A DNA stretch of 64,000 nucleotides, from assembly GCA_034435635.1 (NCBI GenBank), contig DAOTWY010000040.1, positions 4,116 to 68,115 of the forward strand, given 5' to 3'. Below are positions 59,293 to 64,000 of this stretch, in pieces. Position numbers and translations under genes: made by a program. The stretch's first letter is position 1; each line of letters opens with the position of its first letter. The DNA comes from Anaerolineae bacterium (GTDB lineage: Bacteria > Chloroflexota > Anaerolineae > Aggregatilineales > Phototrophicaceae). The notes beneath the pieces are model-generated. The model was not told the origin of the DNA. It saw nothing but the letters and a program-made list of their open reading frames with translations, and did not search any database.

Positions 59293-61410
59293 CTAGTCTA
59301 GCTCAATATCTAGCCCAGCACTATCTTGTGTGAAGATATATTGACTATCAATAGAGGGTTCGTCTGGTGCTGGTTGTAGCCGTTGATAACTGCCATCAGG
59401 CTGTTGAATCCACACTAATGTATTGTTTTTAAGGTCAGTCGCTAAAATTCGTCTAATCCGTCGTTGTAAACGTGGATCAATAATTGGAAATACTGTTTCA
59501 ACACGGTTGTAAAGATTGCGTCGCATCAAATCTGCACTACCAATATAAATGCGTTGGTCTGGTGGGGCATTATGAAAATAATAGATACGGGAATGTTCTA
59601 AAAAACGCCCCACAATACTACGAACACGGATGTTTTCACTGATGCCGGGTAATCCAGCGCGTAAACAGCATAGCCCACGCACAATGAGGTCAATTTGTAC
59701 GCCAGCTTGTGAAGCTTGGTAGAGCTTCTGGATCATGACATCTTCCTCTAGTTGGTTCATTTTAAAGATCAACCGAGCATATTCCCCGTTTTGGGCGTGT
59801 TCGATTTCATTGTCGATGAGGTCAATTAAGGCGGATTGTAAAAATTCCGGCGCGACCAGCAATTGATGATAAGATGTTGAGGGCGCATAACCGGTTAACC
59901 GATTGAACAACCGAGTTGCGTCTTCAGCAATTTCGGGGTTCGCTGTGAATAATCCGAGGTCTGTATAAAGGCGGGCAGTGCTGGCATTATAGTTACCTGT
60001 TCCAAGATGCACGTATCGTCTTAGGCGATCTCCTTCTTTACGGACAACAAGCGCAATTTTGGCATGGGTTTTTACTGCAAGTTTTTCCACACCATAAGTG
60101 ACATGAACACCTTGATGTTCTAGTTGACGTGCCCATTCTAGGTTGTTTTCTTCATCAAATCTTGCTTTTAGTTCGACCAAAACCGCTACTTGTTTATTGT
60201 TTTCACGTGCTTCCATCAGGGATTGTACCACTGGTGAGTTTTTACCAACACGATACAGTGTGGCTTTGATTGCCAGTACTTTAGGATCACGTGCGGCTTG
60301 CTGAAAAAACTCTTCTACTGGTTTGAACGAATCATAGGGGTGATGAATAAGTAAATCGTGTTCTCGAATTTGGGCAAAAATATCTGTGCCTGGTGCAAAA
60401 ACTTCCGGTATTTTGGGAACGTGTGTAGGGTATTTAAGCTCAGGGTGGTCAATGGCAGCAAGTTCAAATAGGCTTGATGTACCTAATGCGCCTTGTACTT
60501 TATACACATCACGGTTCGGGTCAATATCAAGTTCGTCAATTAGCCGATTTAACATTCGTGTGCTGATGTTTTCCGGTACACTCATCCTCACAATAAAGCC
60601 AAAGCGACGCTCTTTGAGGCTGGCTTCAATAACAGTGCTAATATCTAATAATTCCTCATCACGTTCATGCTCATAGTCAATGTCAGCATTGCGTGTTACC
60701 CGGAAGGGATAATGCTCCACAATTTCCATCCCAGGAAAAAGCAAATCTAGATTACTGGCGATCAGGTCTTCAATCCAAATATAATGATCTTTGGCATCGT
60801 GACGATGGGCATAACGCTGCATCACCTGACCTAAATCAATAAGACGTGGCAGGGAAGGGGGCACTTTGATGCGGACAAAATCTAATGTTTCATCAGTATG
60901 TTGGTGTCGAACATACACCCCTAGATTCAAACTCAAATTGGAGATAAATGGAAACGGGCGGGCATGGTCTGCGGCTAGGGGAGTTAGCACAGGGAACACT
61001 TCTTCATAAAAATAATGCCGTAAAGCCTGTTGCTGTGCTTGTGTTAGCTCATGATTATGTTTGATAAAAATGCCATGCTGCTCTAGTTCGGCGAGCAATT
61101 CGCGCATTGTTTGCCGTTGATCTTGCATTAATGCGCTCACTTCTTGACGAATTGCTGCCAATAATTGACTCGGCGTATAGCCATCTGGGCGTGTGCTGGT
61201 GATGCCTAATTGTACCTTTTGAATATATCCCCCAACCCGTACCATAAAAAATTCATCAAGATTGTTACCAACAATCGCTATGAACTTAATACGTTCTAAC
61301 AGGGGGATATCGCGTTCTTGAGCAAGAGCTAATACACGGCGGTTAAAATCCAGATTGCTTAATTCTCGATTGGTAAAATTCTGTGGATTAAGCTCTGGTA
61401 GGTCTGGCAT
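59293..61410 (-). CDS. ppk: Polyphosphate kinase 1
   Basis: The N-terminal motif is FTNRELSNLDFNRRVLALA. The protein is ~700 aa with two PLD-like C-terminal domains (HAKIALVV, GSADLMRRN). Confidence 0.92.
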   Translation of the reverse strand: MPDLPELNPQNFTNRELSNLDFNRRVLALAQERDIPLLERIKFIAIVGNNLDEFFMVRVGGYIQKVQLGITSTRPDGYTPSQLLAAIRQEVSALMQDQRQTMRELLAELEQHGIFIKHNHELTQAQQQALRHYFYEEVFPVLTPLAADHARPFPFISNLSLNLGVYVRHQHTDETLDFVRIKVPPSLPRLIDLGQVMQRYAHRHDAKDHYIWIEDLIASNLDLLFPGMEIVEHYPFRVTRNADIDYEHERDEELLDISTVIEASLKERRFGFIVRMSVPENISTRMLNRLIDELDIDPNRDVYKVQGALGTSSLFELAAIDHPELKYPTHVPKIPEVFAPGTDIFAQIREHDLLIHHPYDSFKPVEEFFQQAARDPKVLAIKATLYRVGKNSPVVQSLMEARENNKQVAVLVELKARFDEENNLEWARQLEHQGVHVTYGVEKLAVKTHAKIALVVRKEGDRLRRYVHLGTGNYNASTARLYTDLGLFTANPEIAEDATRLFNRLTGYAPSTSYHQLLVAPEFLQSALIDLIDNEIEHAQNGEYARLIFKMNQLEEDVMIQKLYQASQAGVQIDLIVRGLCCLRAGLPGISENIRVRSIVGRFLEHSRIYYFHNAPPDQRIYIGSADLMRRNLYNRVETVFPIIDPRLQRRIRRILATDLKNNTLVWIQQPDGSYQRLQPAPDEPSIDSQYIFTQDSAGLDIELD

Positions 61411-61511
61411 AATATGTCCTTATTGGTGTTATCATTTGTTCTAGCAAATTCTAAAGAATTTTGGAATTTGCCGCAAGAAAAGCGTTAATATATGTGACAT
61501 TGAGTCAGCAT

Positions 61512-62405
61512 TTAAGGATTCAACGAGCCGATGAGATCAAGGTTCCCATTAAATGGTCCATAGGCAGTACCATCAACGAGCAAAACAAAGACTTGCCCAG
61601 CATTCAAGTCAAGAAACAATGTACCGCCGTCAAATCGTTGAATATTGACATCAATATCAGCGGCGGGCTGTAAGCCGTACCCAACAGCCTCTTGTATTTC
61701 TGGGAATGTTGCCCACACCGCTGCAAAGACTTCTTCTGGTGGGAAGAAGCCAGCTGGGACATTAACACCGGCTGCCGAAAATTCAAGAGCAGGATCAGTG
61801 ATATACCAATAGTCTTCTTGAGAGATTGCCCAAATTTCATTCGTTTCGATTCGGTGATACATCACGCCGCGTTCAAAAACTTGAATACGTCCACGAAATC
61901 CAAAACTTTCTTGAATTGGACAGCGCATAGCGTTAACAGCTGCTGATACTTGTCTCCAATCATCACCAAAAACCGGCGCAACTTCAATACCACAAACCAA
62001 CCGAACAGCTGGCAATGGTGTTGGCTCAATCACAAAATCACGCGGGTCAAGAATTTCATTTGCTAACGGGTCTTGCACTTCACCAATAAACACGCCAATG
62101 TATGGCGTGGGTGTAGGTGTGATAGTGGGCGCAGTATAAGTTGGCACACGCGCAACAGCTTGCTGCGTCATTTGCATTTCTGCTTCACTTGGTGTGTTGG
62201 TTGGTGCTACGGTGGCTAGCCGTTTGATGATAACGATTGGCGAGTCTGTGGGCGTGGTTTGCGCTGTACCTGTGCCGCAAGCTGCCAAGATCATGATAAT
62301 CATCAAACCAATGTAAACCAGGTTAAACTCACTCTTTTTGAGAGATAAGGGAGGTTTGTGTGTATGGCGTGACTTTGGGCTGGCTACACTATTGCTGAGC
62401 ATCAC
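61512..62405 (-). CDS. Lipoprotein/anchored exported protein with PT linker, hypothetical
   Basis: Hydrophobic segment with lipobox MIIMILAACG and the linker YTAPTITPTPTPY. The longest start overlaps the upstream GT-C gene by 17 nt; a later Met (~62303) is possible. No family recognised. Confidence 0.6.
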   Translation of the reverse strand: MMLSNSVASPKSRHTHKPPLSLKKSEFNLVYIGLMIIMILAACGTGTAQTTPTDSPIVIIKRLATVAPTNTPSEAEMQMTQQAVARVPTYTAPTITPTPTPYIGVFIGEVQDPLANEILDPRDFVIEPTPLPAVRLVCGIEVAPVFGDDWRQVSAAVNAMRCPIQESFGFRGRIQVFERGVMYHRIETNEIWAISQEDYWYITDPALEFSAAGVNVPAGFFPPEEVFAAVWATFPEIQEAVGYGLQPAADIDVNIQRFDGGTLFLDLNAGQVFVLLVDGTAYGPFNGNLDLIGSLNP

Positions 62406-63999
62406 ATATCACCTCGTATGTCAATACATTTTCAAATTCACCGGTCGTTTGAATGCGATAGAGACCAAAGCGGACATGAGTAATGTCTGTGGCATTTACC
62501 ACATAAATATCGCGTATTTGTTCTCCTGCCTGCCAGGTTGTTAGCGGTCGCCAACCGTAAACGGGCGCGTATTGATCGCCTTGACCAACAAGATTCCCCT
62601 CTGCGTCTAACCCATGTACAAATACACTAAAATCCTCTTGTGGGGCTTCATGTGTTTGCCACAGCACATCTAAAATGGCAGAATCCTCTTGGCAAGTCAG
62701 TGTCATGGATGCGGCACGAATACCTTCAGCCACATCATCGATGATGGTGGGAGTTGTGTTGATCTGGACGATAAACGGGGCAACTGCCTGAAGATAAACA
62801 GGGCTGTTTAACCTAGCCTCCCACCAACTAATTGGCTGATTATATAGAGTATATTCCGGCGTGAGGATACCAGAATGATGTTCGCCTTTGTGGTCAACAA
62901 GTTGAATATGTTGTAACCGATTGAGAAATAATTGCCCGATAGACGCAGCAAAATACCGTGGTCCCCAGGCAAGCATCACAGTTGAATTTTGTGGAGCAGA
63001 TTCCAGTAATTCGATTGTTTCAATACCTGTACGATCATGCGTGAGGTCATATAAAAATTCACGATTGTGAATGAACAACCCGCTAACCGTCGCAAGAATA
63101 ATCATCGGCAACACATAGCGCGCTTGTGATATACGGCTGTTTAATAGCGCATCTGCTAAAAACAGCCAACCAAATGCTAATGCTAATGTGATGAGTAAAA
63201 TTAACGCGGAAAGCACATCACGATAAGCGATAACATGAAATCCATATGCTGCCATACCTATTAGGCTAAACGTGATTCCAGCGCGTCGGTGATGACGAAT
63301 TCCAATGCCTAAACCAATTATGCCAAGTAACAACCCCGGTAGAGTTAAATCATATACGAGGACACGATTCACCAACTTGAAATTTGCTAAAAGAGCATCC
63401 CATGAATGAGCAGGACCGATGAAACGAGAGGCTTCCTTTCCAATAAACTCCGTCCATAATCCGTTAAGCGTGCCAGGCTCACCATAGACCCAATCTGCAC
63501 CAGCTTGTGCCCTTAGATATAAATACGCATATTGACTAAATCCAATTACCCCAAGTAATAGACTAATGACGAGTATACGTGGTAATTTGTGCCGATTTTG
63601 AATAAAAGCCGGATATGTAGCATATAATAAAGCCGGAATCATCATCACAGTTGCGCGATGATGGGCAACCGCAATGCCACCAAGTAATGCCAGCCAATAG
63701 ATGCGGCGTTCATCCGGTGTATTCCATAATGCAAGTAGTATTAAGCCAACTTGTAGCATTAAGCCAAATGTGTAAATTTCTGCAATACTGAAGTGAATCC
63801 ACATCGTCCGCGTGAGGGCAAACACCATGATTAACCCAACCGCTAGCGTCAAGCGTCTGGTGATGCGCCATGCTAGCCAATAGATCAAACCCAGGGTGAT
63901 ATATCCCCAAAGCATTGAGACCAATGCCGGTGCAACGACGGGGCTAATACCAAGTGCCGTCATGACATCGGTTAATATGTTGCCAGTGATAACATACAA
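62389..63999 (-). CDS. GT-C fold membrane glycosyltransferase (DUF2723/PMT_2-like), N-terminus off window
   Basis: The ORF is open to the window edge. The N-terminal two thirds are polytopic. The C-terminal soluble region carries the shared module (DFSVFVHGLDAEGNLVGQGDQYAPVYGWRPLTTWQAGEQIRD). Confidence 0.7.
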   Translation of the reverse strand: MYVITGNILTDVMTALGISPVVAPALVSMLWGYITLGLIYWLAWRITRRLTLAVGLIMVFALTRTMWIHFSIAEIYTFGLMLQVGLILLALWNTPDERRIYWLALLGGIAVAHHRATVMMIPALLYATYPAFIQNRHKLPRILVISLLLGVIGFSQYAYLYLRAQAGADWVYGEPGTLNGLWTEFIGKEASRFIGPAHSWDALLANFKLVNRVLVYDLTLPGLLLGIIGLGIGIRHHRRAGITFSLIGMAAYGFHVIAYRDVLSALILLITLALAFGWLFLADALLNSRISQARYVLPMIILATVSGLFIHNREFLYDLTHDRTGIETIELLESAPQNSTVMLAWGPRYFAASIGQLFLNRLQHIQLVDHKGEHHSGILTPEYTLYNQPISWWEARLNSPVYLQAVAPFIVQINTTPTIIDDVAEGIRAASMTLTCQEDSAILDVLWQTHEAPQEDFSVFVHGLDAEGNLVGQGDQYAPVYGWRPLTTWQAGEQIRDIYVVNATDITHVRFGLYRIQTTGEFENVLTYEVICDAQQ

Positions 64000-64000
64000 T

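Overview
This is a 64-kb chromosomal window from a moderately AT-rich bacterium. Its gene content looks Chloroflexota-like, but that is inference only. The supporting content is many GT-C/PMT_2-type membrane glycosyltransferases, numerous exported proteins with Pro/Thr-rich linkers, DinB paralogs, a Flp pilin and a eukaryotic-like Ser/Thr kinase. I support about 60 protein genes, mostly housekeeping or cell-envelope: acs, rocD, a class-V aminotransferase coupled to a serA-like dehydrogenase, plsY, ppk1, holB, PBP2, a GH1 beta-glucosidase, a DhlA-like hydrolase, an HtrA-like protease, a family-4 UDG, and TetR/GntR/XRE regulators. Two RNA genes are hidden under or between track ORFs: tRNA-Sec (10754-10848) and a small SRP RNA (54110-54243). 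Two short protein genes fall below the ORF-track cutoff: a 52-aa Flp pilin (13466-13624) and a 50-aa basic protein (4851-5003). Several track ORFs need shorter N-termini on RBS, signal-peptide or overlap grounds. Three things stand out. (1) Five paralogous GT-C glycosyltransferase genes lie at 14.3-25.5 kb and a sixth at the window end; all six carry the same C-terminal extracytoplasmic module and sit among many PT-linker secreted proteins that could be their substrates. (2) An AT-rich, phage-like four-gene module at 1.1-3.9 kb has a divergent XRE switch, an excisionase-type HTH protein, ORFans and an adjacent tRNA-like T-arm fragment, but no integrase. (3) An orphan phage-tail-tube-like gene at 52.6 kb lies between PBP2 and an oxidoreductase. 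I saw no CRISPR array, transposase, integrase or rRNA. All family calls are by eye from motifs; no searches were run.
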